From IMG/VR virus record IMGVR_UViG_3300033076_001439, positions 1 to 61,801 of that record: a stretch of DNA of 61,801 nucleotides; one strand, given 5' to 3'. Shown piece by piece: positions 1-10,379 of the stretch. The notes under the pieces are model-generated. The model searched no databases, was not told the DNA's origin, and saw nothing but the letters and a program-made list of their open reading frames with translations. The first letter of the stretch is position 1; each line of letters starts with the position of its first letter. The position numbers were made by a program, and so were the translations under genes. This stretch comes from a virus (lineage: Duplodnaviria; Caudoviricetes).

Positions 1-1632
1 CTGTGGGTAATCACGCAGGCCCGAATCGGACCAAGCAGTGCGGGACATCGTTCCGTAATACCAGACCTTTTCCATGTAGTTGTAGACCACGTATTTGTCA
101 ACAACTGTAGAGTTCTTGGAACAATAGAACCACCAAACTTCGTTGAAGCCTTCATTGGTTCCTGCAAACACTTGCTCCATCTGCAGTTTGTTGAAATCGT
201 TGAATACATACCGGCGAAGATCACAGTCCAACGTCTGAACGCGGCCATCGTAGACATAAAACTTGTCAATACCCATCCAGAAAACCACGCCGGAAGCAAT
301 CACCGCTGCGTTGGGGCTGACAATCGAAACATTGTCTCCCAGCAATTGGCTGCTCCAGACAAAGGGTGTGCCGATATATTGCAGTGAGTACACAGACGCA
401 TCTGTGAACACCACGATTTCTTGACGAGCCTGCACGGAGGTGACGATTTTTGACCCGTGCGACAACCGCAAACTTCCTGCCTGATTAGTGATATCTGGTG
501 TCCAGTTGTATGGGTCTTCTTGGCCAGACCAGCGAATCAATAATGGATCGATGGTTGTTTGGCCATAGTCATTGCAGCCAAAAGCAATGATGAATCGGGA
601 AGAATCCGAAATGGTGAAACAAGTCACCGCCGTAGGGATATCTACCGGGATAATAGTGTGAACGCCAGATTGCGAACCGGACGTGTTGACCACGGCTCCC
701 GCTGCAGTCAGCAGCTTAAAAGTAAATCCTGTTGGGTCGGAGACATAGTACGTGGTCCCCGCAGTGATGCCCGTGGGCAGCGCTCCAGTGGTGCTGAATT
801 TTATGGCTGCCCCATCGGTGTAGGGCACTGTGGACGTCACAACTGCAGGGCTGGCGATGGTGATGGTGGCCGTTCCCCCGAGGCTGTTCAATAAAACCCC
901 ACGGGTATCTACTCCAGTTGTGGCATCCCAATAGTACAGACCACCTTTACGGGGATTGAATACCAGGTCCTCCCCATAATTCATCTGGCTCCAAAGCCTC
1001 AAAGAGATAGTGGATGTTCCGCCTATGCCCCAAGGGCCCTTACCCCAAGTGGATGCCCCCCACCCTGTCATAGGAATTGGGATAGCAGGGCCCACGTTGA
1101 TCTGATAGGTGGCCACCACGGAGGAGCCACCATAGGACCCTGCGGCCAAAGGGCTTGTAGTGGTGATGGTGTAAGTGCTGGAACTGAGCACAGTGACTTG
1201 ATATTCCGCATTCAACTCACTGGCATAGGTGCCCGTGGCACCACTGAATGTGACAAAGTCCCCCGTTACACAACCATGGTCAGCCGCGGTAACCGTGACG
1301 GTTGTTGTACCGTTTGCGGAAAAAGGGTCAGTGCCCAAGGTGGCCGTAGCGCGGATCGGGGTAATGTCGAAGTATTTCCCTCCGCGCTCGAGGTAAAACT
1401 TCAAATTAGTGCCTACGCCAAGAAGGTTTTGCCCTCCTAGCGTTACCCAGTTCCACAAGGAACGGCAGACCCCTTGGTAAGTGTAGGATGAAATAGGGAC
1501 CCAGCCCCCAATAACCTCGGGGTTGCCCTGACGAAACCGAATTTTGTCGCACTCGTACCAACCGCCTTCCGTGGTGTATCGGGTGTTTTCTCGATTTACG
1601 CCAGGTTTAAACAGAATTTTTTTGAGTGGCAC
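1..1632 (-). CDS. Tail tubular/nozzle (DNA stabilization-like) protein, 5' part; continues across the window junction
   Basis: GTG start at 1632 gives MPLKKILFKPGVNRENTRYTTEGGWYECDKIRFRQG; the same frame reaches ...WYYGTMSRTAWSDSGLRDYPQ at position 1. Both ends were read manually; the middle was not fully checked for stops. Follows the lysis genes in the late operon. Confidence 0.8.
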   Translation of the reverse strand, partial: MPLKKILFKPGVNRENTRYTTEGGWYECDKIRFRQGNPEVIGGWVPISSYTYQGVCRSLWNWVTLGGQNLLGVGTNLKFYLERGGKYFDITPIRATATLGTDPFSANGTTTVTVTAADHGCVTGDFVTFSGATGTYASELNAEYQVTVLSSSTYTITTTSPLAAGSYGGSSVVATYQINVGPAIPIPMTGWGASTWGKGPWGIGGTSTISLRLWSQMNYGEDLVFNPRKGGLYYWDATTGVDTRGVLLNSLGGTATITIASPAVVTSTVPYTDGAAIKFSTTGALPTGITAGTTYYVSDPTGFTFKLLTAAGAVVNTSGSQSGVHTIIPVDIPTAVTCFTISDSSRFIIAFGCNDYGQTTIDPLLIRWSGQEDPYNWTPDITNQAGSLRLSHGSKIVTSVQARQEIVVFTDASVYSLQYIGTPFVWSSQLLGDNVSIVSPNAAVIASGVVFWMGIDKFYVYDGRVQTLDCDLRRYVFNDFNKLQMEQVFAGTNEGFNEVWWFYCSKNSTVVDKYVVYNYMEKVWYYGTMSRTAWSDSGLRDYPQ

Positions 1633-1640
1633 GGTTTACC

Positions 1641-2153
1641 TCATGCGGTCATGGTCGAGGCTACGGTTTGCACCTCCGCCACGCGGCGGCTCCAGCCCTT
1701 GCCAAATGTACCCCAATGCGGCAAATCCATCAAGAAAGACAGGCGACGCTTGGCATAGCCCTCCACCAGATCGGCAGGGTTAAACTTGGCCACGGCAGCC
1801 AGCGTCTTGGGGCCAATACCGCCGTCAGGCTCTACACCCACACAGGCTTGCAACCACTTGGCGGCTCGTCCGGGGCCGGAATTTACGGCGGCGTCAAACA
1901 CGGCGTAGTCCACACCTGTCGGCAAATCGTCACCCCTGATCTTGTCCCAGTACTTGGCCTTGTACATTGGAGCCACGGCAGCAGGAGTCAAAGCTCGCAT
2001 GGCTTTTTCGTCCACAGGGTGGCCGACCCACTCTTCCCACACTGCCTTGGTTACGCCCAGATTGGTCATGCCGCCCGGATCGGCGGGGTGGTTTACGAAG
2101 CCGCCTTCATGGTGGAGGACGGCCTGCAGGGCTTCGGCAAAGTTCTCTCTCAT
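1641..2153 (-). CDS. Endolysin, glycoside hydrolase family 108 with peptidoglycan-binding domain
   Basis: HEGGFVNHPADPGGMTNLGVT and VFDAAVNSGPGRA motifs. Confidence 0.93.
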   Translation of the reverse strand: MRENFAEALQAVLHHEGGFVNHPADPGGMTNLGVTKAVWEEWVGHPVDEKAMRALTPAAVAPMYKAKYWDKIRGDDLPTGVDYAVFDAAVNSGPGRAAKWLQACVGVEPDGGIGPKTLAAVAKFNPADLVEGYAKRRLSFLMDLPHWGTFGKGWSRRVAEVQTVASTMTA

Positions 2154-2560
2154 TTCTTACCCTTCATATCTGCCAATTTTTCGACAGTACGGCCACCAAA
2201 GTAGGCCAAGAAGATGATCTGCCCCCACTGGCCAAGCAACTGGACGTAGGACTCCTGCGCGTTGTAACCAAACGCAGACATGGCAGTGAAGATGAAATAC
2301 GCCACAAAGATGGCGATCAGGGCCATAGGCCGGATGTTCTTGGACAGCCAAGAGTCAGACCCCATGTCGGATTTCCAACGGTCTGTGACGTTGCCCTGCT
2401 CTGTTTTGAAGAGCTCTGTGTCGTTGGCCATCTTGGCCAGCTCACCGTCTTGCGCCATCTTGGCCAAGTCCATCTGAGCCTTGGCTTTGGCCTCTGGGTC
2501 CGGGATCAGTTTGTCGATGAGCTGGGAGCCAATGCCCAGCAGTGCTGTTAGTGGAAACAT
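2150..2560 (-). CDS. Holin (3TM, GTA-holin-like)
   Basis: DSWLSKNIRP motif, hydrophobic segments, YFGGRTVEK C-terminus; coupled to lysin. Confidence 0.8.
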   Translation of the reverse strand: MFPLTALLGIGSQLIDKLIPDPEAKAKAQMDLAKMAQDGELAKMANDTELFKTEQGNVTDRWKSDMGSDSWLSKNIRPMALIAIFVAYFIFTAMSAFGYNAQESYVQLLGQWGQIIFLAYFGGRTVEKLADMKGKK

Positions 2561-2829
2561 TATTTCCTCCCCATTTTTTCACGCTCTTCGAGCAAGCGGA
2601 CTTTGACTTGCAGCTCGTTGATGTGCGCCATCAACTGCTCTTTCTGGATGGCTCTGCGCTCCGCAGATATCGGTCTGTCAGTGGGCACGCCCTCTTTGGT
2701 AATCAGCGCAGGCATCGCGCCCTCGATCTTAGTCAGGCGCGTGGAGAAGTCAGCGACCTGCCCCAGCAGCCAAGCAAGCGAGGCCACGATGACCGGTATG
2801 ACCGCCTTTAAAACATCTGACCAGTTCAT
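2560..2829 (-). CDS. Small membrane-anchored coiled-coil protein (lysis-associated)
   Basis: N-terminal TM helix, coiled-coil C-terminus, coupled to holin. Confidence 0.65.
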   Translation of the reverse strand: MNWSDVLKAVIPVIVASLAWLLGQVADFSTRLTKIEGAMPALITKEGVPTDRPISAERRAIQKEQLMAHINELQVKVRLLEEREKMGRK

Positions 2830-2837
2830 TTGTTATC

Positions 2838-4886
2838 CTAACCAAAGAAGAACAAGAAATTTCCAGAAGACCCGACCTGGAATACCCACCCCGTGTTATT
2901 CCCCCCGTCAATTGAGTCTGTGGCAGTCCATGATGCGCCGCCAGTAGCCGCAATGTCTTTGATGTTGAGGTAGCTGACATTAATTGCGCCACTTGCATCA
3001 GACAGAGTTGCCCTTGTCCCGGGTGTTGTGCTCTGCAGCGTCAACAATTTACCGGGAGCCCCAGATGCCGTGAAGCTGGAAACAGTTTGTGTTGTTCCCG
3101 CCGTAAGGGAAATTGTTGTTGCACCTGTTGCGGCGTAGGTGTTGGTAATGTTAGCGAAAGTGTTTGATCCAGTAACTGTCAGCGTTCCCGCACCTGCTTG
3201 ATTAAGCGTCATGCCGGAATAATTAAGGCTTAAACCTCCAAATGTTTTTGCAGATGCGCTGGTCATGTCGACTCTAACAGACCCTGTTATGGTTATAACT
3301 GACCCTGCTGACGTATTCCAAGCAGAGGAACCGGAAGCGTCTATTGTCCAAACCCCTCCAGTGCCAAACGCTAAGGTTTTTGAAGCGGCGCCTCCTTGTA
3401 TAAGAAAACGAAATGTTTGGACAGAATATCCATCAGCATTAAGGGTGCCATATTGAAGAGTAAAATTACCTACTGTGCTAAGATTATCGAGCAAGAGAAG
3501 TGTTCCACCTCCCACTATACTAATATTATTGCTAGTAGGGAACTTCCCGGCAGATTTGAGTGTTCGTGAATTTCTGCTATTAAAGGCTAAATTGCCGCCT
3601 GTTGCAGTAATTGTAAGGCCTGATCCATTACTCCAATTGCCAAGCACATAAAATGTCCCATTTAGCGTGAGGGCGAGCGCCGTTGATCTGGCGGAGGAGT
3701 CAACTGTTCCGTAATTAAATCCGGCAACGATATTTACCTGTGTACCCGCACTGCTATTATCAAAAATTATAGTATCTTGTGGAAGTGGAAAGTTGTTTGC
3801 CGCAGGGGTGCCACCGCTCGTAGTTGCCCATCCAGTAGCAGTGACATCATTAGTGCCCGCAAGGTTCCAATATACGGTCTTTGGTGTAGGAAATGTGATA
3901 TTTGAATTGCCTTCAGCATCTCCAAGACGTGTGCCAGACCATGCGGCTCCCGAAGCAGTAATCCCTGAAAAATCAATGTCCGACTTTGTTGTCCAAGTGG
4001 TGACTGTAAGTGTTACCGAGCCAATCAAAGGAATAGTCCAGCTACCCGCAGAGCCATAGATACCTATGCGCTGGGTTATGCTGGTGCCCGACGCGATTAA
4101 AGTACCTATTGTCTGATTGCCAAAAAACCGGTGAAATGTTGTTCCAGTTGCAGTGGGTGACGTCAAAGTTAGGTTGGTAAACGTATTGCCCGCATCTCTG
4201 ACACCCAGTTGCGTTGTGGCCGAAGTTGTCACTCTATTATAGGTTTTACCTCCACCATCAAAAAGAGCAACCGCTCCAGTTAAGGAGATTGTGGAAGTCC
4301 CTGAGTTAATTGTAGTAGTAGAAGATACAGACCATGCTGCAGCGTTACTAATTCCGTATGTGCATGTTACAGTAGAACCATTTAGTGTAATTGTGCTTGA
4401 GCCAGTGGATGTAAGATATGAACAAGAAAGAGCGTAGTTAGAGGCGCTTGTATTTAATGTCCCACCTCTTACTAATATACCGTCACTGCATGTGACTGCG
4501 CTCGCAAGAGTCAATGTTACGCCCGACCCAACTACATCTAGTAATCCAATTGTTTTTCCAACAGTATTTATAGAGCCACTAGCGTTAAATCGAAAATACC
4601 CTTGAAATGTAAGAGTCATTCCGGTACTTAAAACTAAATTTCCATATAAATTTACGGTTGCGTTGGATGCTCCAGCTAAAGTTCCAGTAAAACCAGTGCA
4701 TGTCAAAGACTTAGCTGCGGTGCCAGTAGATACTGTAATTGTGCCTGCGCCTGAATTGGCATCTAAAAATGCGTCGTCCGCTGAGGTTGGAGCAGTTGTG
4801 TTATTTGCTCCTCCTGAGGACAGCGACCATTTTGTGTTATCGGTGAAATTTGCAGTTCCACCACCTATGCGGTATTTGGCAACCAT
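2838..4886 (-). CDS. Tail spike/receptor-binding protein, G/T/S-rich beta-solenoid
   Basis: 682 aa with two copies of a W..SSGG...PT..D.A.FD module; AT-richer than core genes. Confidence 0.7.
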   Translation of the reverse strand: MVAKYRIGGGTANFTDNTKWSLSSGGANNTTAPTSADDAFLDANSGAGTITVSTGTAAKSLTCTGFTGTLAGASNATVNLYGNLVLSTGMTLTFQGYFRFNASGSINTVGKTIGLLDVVGSGVTLTLASAVTCSDGILVRGGTLNTSASNYALSCSYLTSTGSSTITLNGSTVTCTYGISNAAAWSVSSTTTINSGTSTISLTGAVALFDGGGKTYNRVTTSATTQLGVRDAGNTFTNLTLTSPTATGTTFHRFFGNQTIGTLIASGTSITQRIGIYGSAGSWTIPLIGSVTLTVTTWTTKSDIDFSGITASGAAWSGTRLGDAEGNSNITFPTPKTVYWNLAGTNDVTATGWATTSGGTPAANNFPLPQDTIIFDNSSAGTQVNIVAGFNYGTVDSSARSTALALTLNGTFYVLGNWSNGSGLTITATGGNLAFNSRNSRTLKSAGKFPTSNNISIVGGGTLLLLDNLSTVGNFTLQYGTLNADGYSVQTFRFLIQGGAASKTLAFGTGGVWTIDASGSSAWNTSAGSVITITGSVRVDMTSASAKTFGGLSLNYSGMTLNQAGAGTLTVTGSNTFANITNTYAATGATTISLTAGTTQTVSSFTASGAPGKLLTLQSTTPGTRATLSDASGAINVSYLNIKDIAATGGASWTATDSIDGGNNTGWVFQVGSSGNFLFFFG

Positions 4887-4889
4887 ATA

Positions 4890-5087
4890 TTATTCCTCGA
4901 TCGGCTGTGTATCACTACCATATTCGGTTGGTGTTGTGACAAAACTAATCCAGTTTTTCAAACGCTCTTGCTTCATAGCCTCAATCACATCCTCGCTTGG
5001 CAAGATGTCATCTTCAAAATACAAAGCGTCAGAAAACAGCCCGTATTCTGTTTGAAACTGGAAATCAATTTTCATGTTAGTCCTCAT
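4890..5087 (-). CDS. Small acidic hypothetical protein (possible fibre chaperone)
   Basis: ORF coupled between two fibre genes. Confidence 0.6.
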   Translation of the reverse strand: MRTNMKIDFQFQTEYGLFSDALYFEDDILPSEDVIEAMKQERLKNWISFVTTPTEYGSDTQPIEE

Positions 5088-5983
5088 GCCTGTGTAGTAA
5101 CTGCAATCACATCCCAGCGGGTATTGGCGGTGTTGTAGATACAGCCGACATATGTCATCTTCCCTGCAGTTGTGGCTGTGGGAATGGTTACGCCAACTGC
5201 AGTAAAGGTGCCGTTCCAGCTCAATGTCTGTGATACGCCGTTATCCAAAATGCGAAATACCAGCTTGTCCCCATCCAAGGGGGTACCGATTGGGGCGTTG
5301 ATTGTGAGCGTGGCTGCCTGCGCTGTCCATGCATAAATGTCATACGCGCTGATGTCAGGAGTGACGGCAACGGCGGAGGATGTAGTGCTTAAAACACGCG
5401 GGTCGATCCGTTTGTTTTGAAGAGTAGCTGTCCCTGTTCCAGTGACTGGGCCAGAAGCCGCATTGGCATTGTTGCCAAGCGCTGTGGCAACACCTGTGCC
5501 CAAACCGGATACTCCGGTAGAAATTGGAAGACCAGTGGCGTTTGTCAACGTGCCAGAGGAGGGGGTGCCAAGCGCTCCACCGTTTACAACAAAAGCCCCG
5601 GCTGTTCCTACGTTGACCGCAAGGGCCGTTGAAACGCTTGTTCCAAGTCCGGATATGCCCGTGGAGACAGGCAATCCTGTTGCATTTGTCAATGTCCCAG
5701 ATGATGGCGTACCGAGTGCTCCGCCATTGACCACAAAGGCTCCTGCGGTGCCTACGTTGACACCCAAGGCAGTCAGGACATCTGTGCCTGCTCCAGACAG
5801 TGTGCTGATAGGGACATTCTTGTAGGCGATTGTCTGAACGGCATTGGCGTTATCTTTGTAGAACAGCTTGCCGTCGGTGACGTTAATGGCAAGTTCGCCT
5901 TGCGCCAAAGAACCTGCTACTGGGGCAGCAGACGGTGTGGTGCTACTGTAGAGCTGAATTGGGGTGTAGCCAGTCTGTGCCAT
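5084..5983 (-). CDS. Tail fibre protein with internal repeats
   Basis: GELAINVTDGKLFYK N-terminal fibre motif; repeated GGALGTPSSGTLTNATGLP. Confidence 0.75.
   Translation of the reverse strand: MAQTGYTPIQLYSSTTPSAAPVAGSLAQGELAINVTDGKLFYKDNANAVQTIAYKNVPISTLSGAGTDVLTALGVNVGTAGAFVVNGGALGTPSSGTLTNATGLPVSTGISGLGTSVSTALAVNVGTAGAFVVNGGALGTPSSGTLTNATGLPISTGVSGLGTGVATALGNNANAASGPVTGTGTATLQNKRIDPRVLSTTSSAVAVTPDISAYDIYAWTAQAATLTINAPIGTPLDGDKLVFRILDNGVSQTLSWNGTFTAVGVTIPTATTAGKMTYVGCIYNTANTRWDVIAVTTQA
5480..5790 (-). repeat. Tandem ~49-aa coding repeat (LGVNVGTAGAFVVNGGALGTPSSGTLTNATGLP.STG.SGLGT)
   Basis: Two near-identical peptide copies plus a partial third; synonymous divergence at DNA level. Confidence 0.8.
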
Positions 5984-6411
5984 TAAAAGGTGCCTCCAGA
6001 AGAGATGTTGTTGGCGATGGTAGCAAAGTCAGTGCCATTCCATGCGATGAGCGCTGCACGACCAGGAGGAACTGTGATTCCAGTCGTAGGCCCTGCCCCA
6101 CGAAGAACAACATCCTGGGTGCCCGCGGTAGCGTTGATCAGAATATAAATCTTGCTTCGTGCAGGGGCGGTGATGGCTCTTGTGACTGTTCCATTTGCGG
6201 TCCACAGCAAAACAGCACTTCGAGATTGGTTGGCAACGAGTGCTGTGTCCGTGAGCGTCACATCTGCGTCTGTGCTAAGCGTTACTGTACCTGCAACTGC
6301 TGAATCAATTAATGAGGTGATGGATGTGTTAACCACCGTTCCCCATGTCCCATCCAGTTCACCTTCAACAGGCAGAGCCAGCTTGAGTAAGGAGGTATTT
6401 CCTGTTGTCAT
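5983..6411 (-). CDS. Tail structural protein
   Basis: LKLALPVEGELDGTWGTVVN motif; ends in GGTF like the upstream fibre. Confidence 0.7.
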   Translation of the reverse strand: MTTGNTSLLKLALPVEGELDGTWGTVVNTSITSLIDSAVAGTVTLSTDADVTLTDTALVANQSRSAVLLWTANGTVTRAITAPARSKIYILINATAGTQDVVLRGAGPTTGITVPPGRAALIAWNGTDFATIANNISSGGTF

Positions 6412-6420
6412 GTGTTTTCC

Positions 6421-8847
6421 TTAAAAAGTTCCGCCGCTGATGCTGGTAGATGCCGTCATAGCTCCGGTACCATTGCCATAAACGAAACCAGTCAATGCAG
6501 TTGCCCCAGTGCCCCCGTTAGCTACGGGAAGCGTACCGTCAACATGCGTAGCGAGACCTACTTTACCCCATGTTGGCGCAGCACCTACGCCCCCAGAGAT
6601 CAGTGCATTTCCGACAAGCACATCCGGCAGTTTGGCCAAGGTCGTTGTTGTACTTGCATAGAGTAGGTCACCCACAGCATAAGAAGTCTGGCCAGTACCG
6701 CCGTAAATTGCAGCGATCGTGCTTGCATTCCACGTACCCGCTGCCAGCGTGCCTACACCGGTGATTCCGGTATATGAGCCGCTCAGCCGTGCTGTTGGTA
6801 GCGTGCCGCTTGTAATGTTGGCAGCGTTGGTGGTGTCCGTAGTGGCAGACGGGGCCAGGCCCGAGACATCTGCTGCAGCAATCGTGCCCCATGCGGGCGC
6901 TGCAGAAGCTGCGCCGGTGCCTGTTTGGGTCAGAAATGTTTTGGTGGTAGAAATGCTACCCGCCAACTTGGCCAGCGTATTCGTGGCCGACGAATACAGC
7001 ATGTCGCCCAGTGTGTACGAGGTAATCGCCGTCCCGCCATGAGCAGTTGGAAGCGCCCCAGAAACCGATCCAGCCTGGTCCAGGGCAATTGCATTCCATT
7101 CGACGTTGGTACCTGCCCCGTTCATCACCAGAGCTTTGTAGGCCGAACCTGCTGCGAGCTTGCTCCATGTGTTTGTGGCTGAACCATACAGCAGATCGCC
7201 TGTGGCTACAGTGTTGACCCCTGTGCCACCATTCGTTGCCGCAACGGTACCTGTCAATGAAATGACGCCGCCGGAGATGTCGATGTTTGTGCCCCCTGTA
7301 TAAACAGGAGAAGAGCTGAACAGCGTATAAACAAGCGCTGTGTACCCAATAATGATCGGACCAGAGGTGGTCAGAACGTAGGACTCTGAGTTGGTAGTGA
7401 CAAGGAAGTAGTCACCTTCGCCCAAGCCTGTGGTGTCTTGTGGCGCATACCTGTTTTGATCCGTGGCGCGTGTGAGCCTCCACTTGGAGCTTCCAGAGCC
7501 CAGGCTGGTGATTGTGTACACGCCATCCCACAGTGCTGTGGGCTGCAAATACACCAGAATCCTATCTCCAACTGTCAGCGGGGTTGTGCCAATCGTAAAG
7601 GTCGCGTTGGCCGAGCTCTCAAGATACGAGCCTACACCCGAGTTAGCGCGTGTGTTGTACGCCAGCCCAGTGGCGTTGGTCAACCCAGTCAGAAGCACTC
7701 CACCGTACGTTGTGGACAGTTTGAGCGAAGTGCCAGTCGGTGTCGAATAGACGAAGTATGGCGTGTTGATGGACAGGCCGTTGCCTGCTGTGGTGTACAA
7801 CCAAATTTGATCGTTGACCGACAGCCCGTGCGTTGTGGAGGTAACGACGGTGTCCCCACCAGTGATGTCGGTGATGTTGAATGTGGTGCCGCCTTGCACG
7901 TACACAGCGGACAGCGCAGCACTTGTTTCGGCGTACACCGGTGCATGAATGTGGATGCCTGTCGACGTGGCGGTGTCCACATACGACTTGGTGACAAACT
8001 CATTGTTTGCGGGGCTGGAAACGGAAGCAGATGTGGTTGTGACTGGCGCAGCAAATGATGCTGCTCCTGTGACGTCGAGTGTGCCCCCTACGGTCGCATC
8101 TTTTGCGATAGCTACAGTCTGGTCTACCCCGGAAATTGTCAAACCAATGCTGGTTGTGGCAAAACCACCAGCATGCAGAATCAAATCGTCATCGGCACTG
8201 CCAACAAACATCTTGGACGTCGTGCCCCCTCCGATGGAGTAAACATATCCTGAATTGGGAGTGTAGATTTGGAATGTGGCAGACGTGAATCCGCTGCTGT
8301 TCATGCCCATATCCACGTAATAGGTGGAATCAGTGCCGATGTCATTCAGCGCGACGTAGTCTGCAGATGCATCCGACCCACTGTTCTGGTTCTGAATGTA
8401 CTGCTGAACGTAAGTGTTGACATCCCCAAACATCTCCGCAAAAAAGTTGGAGAACGAGGCGTAGCTTGTGACACCTGTACCAACTACGGTGATAGGGCCG
8501 CCGTTAAAAATGACGTTGCCTGTCGCCTCTTCATAAATAGCTTTTTCAGCAGGGTATGTGACAAATACATCCTTAATGCCCACTGAAAAATCTACCAAGG
8601 TATTGGCATTGCTGGATTCCAGCACCACGTCTCGAGACAAGTACCATGTGCCACTGACCAGCGTCGCAGTGCCTTGGCCAACTTCCCATTCATTGCCTGA
8701 TTGCAATGCAATCGTGTAATAGGTGACATTGCCGTTACCGATTGCAGAAAAGTCCTGGTAGCCATTTGCCGCAGCACCAAGCGTAATAGTTCCTGTACCC
8801 GTGGTCAGGGCAGAAACTTTGACTCGGTCTTTTAAAATAATGGCCAT
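6421..8847 (-). CDS. Long tail fibre protein
   Basis: 808 aa; DRVK...TTGTGTITL N-terminus; repeated GGTG..SY..GDLLYAS fibre motifs. Confidence 0.8.
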   Translation of the reverse strand: MAIILKDRVKVSALTTGTGTITLGAAANGYQDFSAIGNGNVTYYTIALQSGNEWEVGQGTATLVSGTWYLSRDVVLESSNANTLVDFSVGIKDVFVTYPAEKAIYEEATGNVIFNGGPITVVGTGVTSYASFSNFFAEMFGDVNTYVQQYIQNQNSGSDASADYVALNDIGTDSTYYVDMGMNSSGFTSATFQIYTPNSGYVYSIGGGTTSKMFVGSADDDLILHAGGFATTSIGLTISGVDQTVAIAKDATVGGTLDVTGAASFAAPVTTTSASVSSPANNEFVTKSYVDTATSTGIHIHAPVYAETSAALSAVYVQGGTTFNITDITGGDTVVTSTTHGLSVNDQIWLYTTAGNGLSINTPYFVYSTPTGTSLKLSTTYGGVLLTGLTNATGLAYNTRANSGVGSYLESSANATFTIGTTPLTVGDRILVYLQPTALWDGVYTITSLGSGSSKWRLTRATDQNRYAPQDTTGLGEGDYFLVTTNSESYVLTTSGPIIIGYTALVYTLFSSSPVYTGGTNIDISGGVISLTGTVAATNGGTGVNTVATGDLLYGSATNTWSKLAAGSAYKALVMNGAGTNVEWNAIALDQAGSVSGALPTAHGGTAITSYTLGDMLYSSATNTLAKLAGSISTTKTFLTQTGTGAASAAPAWGTIAAADVSGLAPSATTDTTNAANITSGTLPTARLSGSYTGITGVGTLAAGTWNASTIAAIYGGTGQTSYAVGDLLYASTTTTLAKLPDVLVGNALISGGVGAAPTWGKVGLATHVDGTLPVANGGTGATALTGFVYGNGTGAMTASTSISGGTF

Positions 8848-8856
8848 GTACGCCTC

Positions 8857-9777
8857 TTAGTCCTGTGTTTTCACTACGTGCCAAGAAGACCCTTGGCTAT
8901 CATCAATGGCCCCCCAAGAAGCTGAAGAGGGAGTACTGATGCTGCCCCATGTTGCTGTCTGAGAGGCTACCACGCCACCCCATGCCCCATCTTGTGTGTC
9001 ATTCACTCCAGCCCAGTCTGGGGCTTGCCCATCGTTGATTATTTCCCAAAGAAAACGTCCAACAAACTGATCTGCTGCCACTGCGCTATTGGTGATGGTA
9101 GCGAAAAACGCCGCAGTTGCCAAGAAGGTATCCAGGGCAGTTATGGCCTCATCTACCTTTGCATTGAAAATGGAAGCAGCCACGGAAGCAGTCATGCCCC
9201 CTGCCGCTGAAGCACTGACACCAACAGCAATTGATGCATTTACATCAAAAGCATCTGAGCCTGTGGTTTGGTCACTGACAGATGAAAACAATTCGCCAAG
9301 GGCGGAAACAGAATCTAAGGGGGCGGCCATTTCCTGTACCGACGCAAGATACAAAAGGCCTCCGACAAAAATATCACTGGCCGTTGTTGTTTCTGCAATA
9401 GTTCCATTGAATATGGCTGTCGCGGCCAGCATATCGGCAATTACGGAACTGTCTGCTATCGCGGAAAGAAAGACTGCTTGAGCAACAAACGTATCCTGGG
9501 TGGCTACTGTGTCCGAAAAAACTCCTCGGAAGACAACAGCAGCCGAGTTTTCCGCGGTTCCTACGTTCTGTTCGAGCGTAAGTGCGTTAAAGATCGAGGG
9601 AACTACCTGGAAGGAATCTGCGCCAATTGAAGATTCAGCCAAGGAGCTTAAAAAATCAACACGAGCCGCTGCCAAGTCCACTGCAGTGATGGAATCTGTG
9701 GTGGAAACGGCATAGACTATTCCTGCCTCTCCCGTGGCCCCCAGTGGGGCCGCAGCAATTGGTGCGAACCCGAACAC
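8857..9777 (-). CDS. Tail/virion structural protein with periodic repeats
   Basis: MFGFAPIAAAP start, ~19-aa periodicity, C-terminal Trp repeats at ~11-aa spacing. Confidence 0.65.
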   Translation of the reverse strand: MFGFAPIAAAPLGATGEAGIVYAVSTTDSITAVDLAAARVDFLSSLAESSIGADSFQVVPSIFNALTLEQNVGTAENSAAVVFRGVFSDTVATQDTFVAQAVFLSAIADSSVIADMLAATAIFNGTIAETTTASDIFVGGLLYLASVQEMAAPLDSVSALGELFSSVSDQTTGSDAFDVNASIAVGVSASAAGGMTASVAASIFNAKVDEAITALDTFLATAAFFATITNSAVAADQFVGRFLWEIINDGQAPDWAGVNDTQDGAWGGVVASQTATWGSISTPSSASWGAIDDSQGSSWHVVKTQD

Positions 9778-9789
9778 TGGGAAGCCCTA

Positions 9790-10368
9790 TCAAGCCGCGT
9801 CGAGGCTAAAAGTGTATGTGACGTTCAAAGTGTCCCCGGCCACAACAACCCGGTCCCCAGGAGACTGAAAATCGGCCTCAGAAAACAAGATACCAGAAGT
9901 GCCGCTGGCCACAGTGCACAAGAACGCGCCAGCTACTGTTCCGCCACTGCTTGTGATCGAGAACGAAGAAGGCGAAGCGCTATTGCTGATTACTGATGGA
10001 TCGGCACTGGTGGCCGTACCAAAAGTAACTGCCTTACGGGAGCCCGAATAATTGGTGAATTCAGTCCATCCCCCGTGGATGGCCAAACTATCTGTTGCAG
10101 CATATGTTGTCGCAGAAGCAGGTCCTGTGATCAGGCCTAAGTAGAATGCCGCGGTGTATGTTGAGCCCTTGAAGTACTGGGTATTCATGTCCTGCAGGCC
10201 TTCATTGACCACCAGATTGTGCATCTGATCTTCCCATTTCAGATTGCCCTGGCTATCAAAGCATTGAACATGAAAAACCCCGCCACCCTTGGCGGTCTCG
10301 CCAAAGCCTGTTTTTGCCACCAGCCCTGCAGCGGCTGCATCGCCAGAATGTGCTTTGTCTTGGAACAT
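9790..10368 (-). CDS. Virion structural protein
   Basis: GNLKWED..HNLVVNEG and GDTLNVTYTF motifs; late operon context. Confidence 0.65.
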   Translation of the reverse strand: MFQDKAHSGDAAAAGLVAKTGFGETAKGGGVFHVQCFDSQGNLKWEDQMHNLVVNEGLQDMNTQYFKGSTYTAAFYLGLITGPASATTYAATDSLAIHGGWTEFTNYSGSRKAVTFGTATSADPSVISNSASPSSFSITSSGGTVAGAFLCTVASGTSGILFSEADFQSPGDRVVVAGDTLNVTYTFSLDAA

Positions 10369-10379
10369 GGGAAACTCCT

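Noticed and set aside
2838-8847. Diversity-generating retroelement or invertible tail-fibre switch
   Set aside because: No reverse transcriptase, recombinase, template/variable repeat pair or flanking inverted repeats seen.
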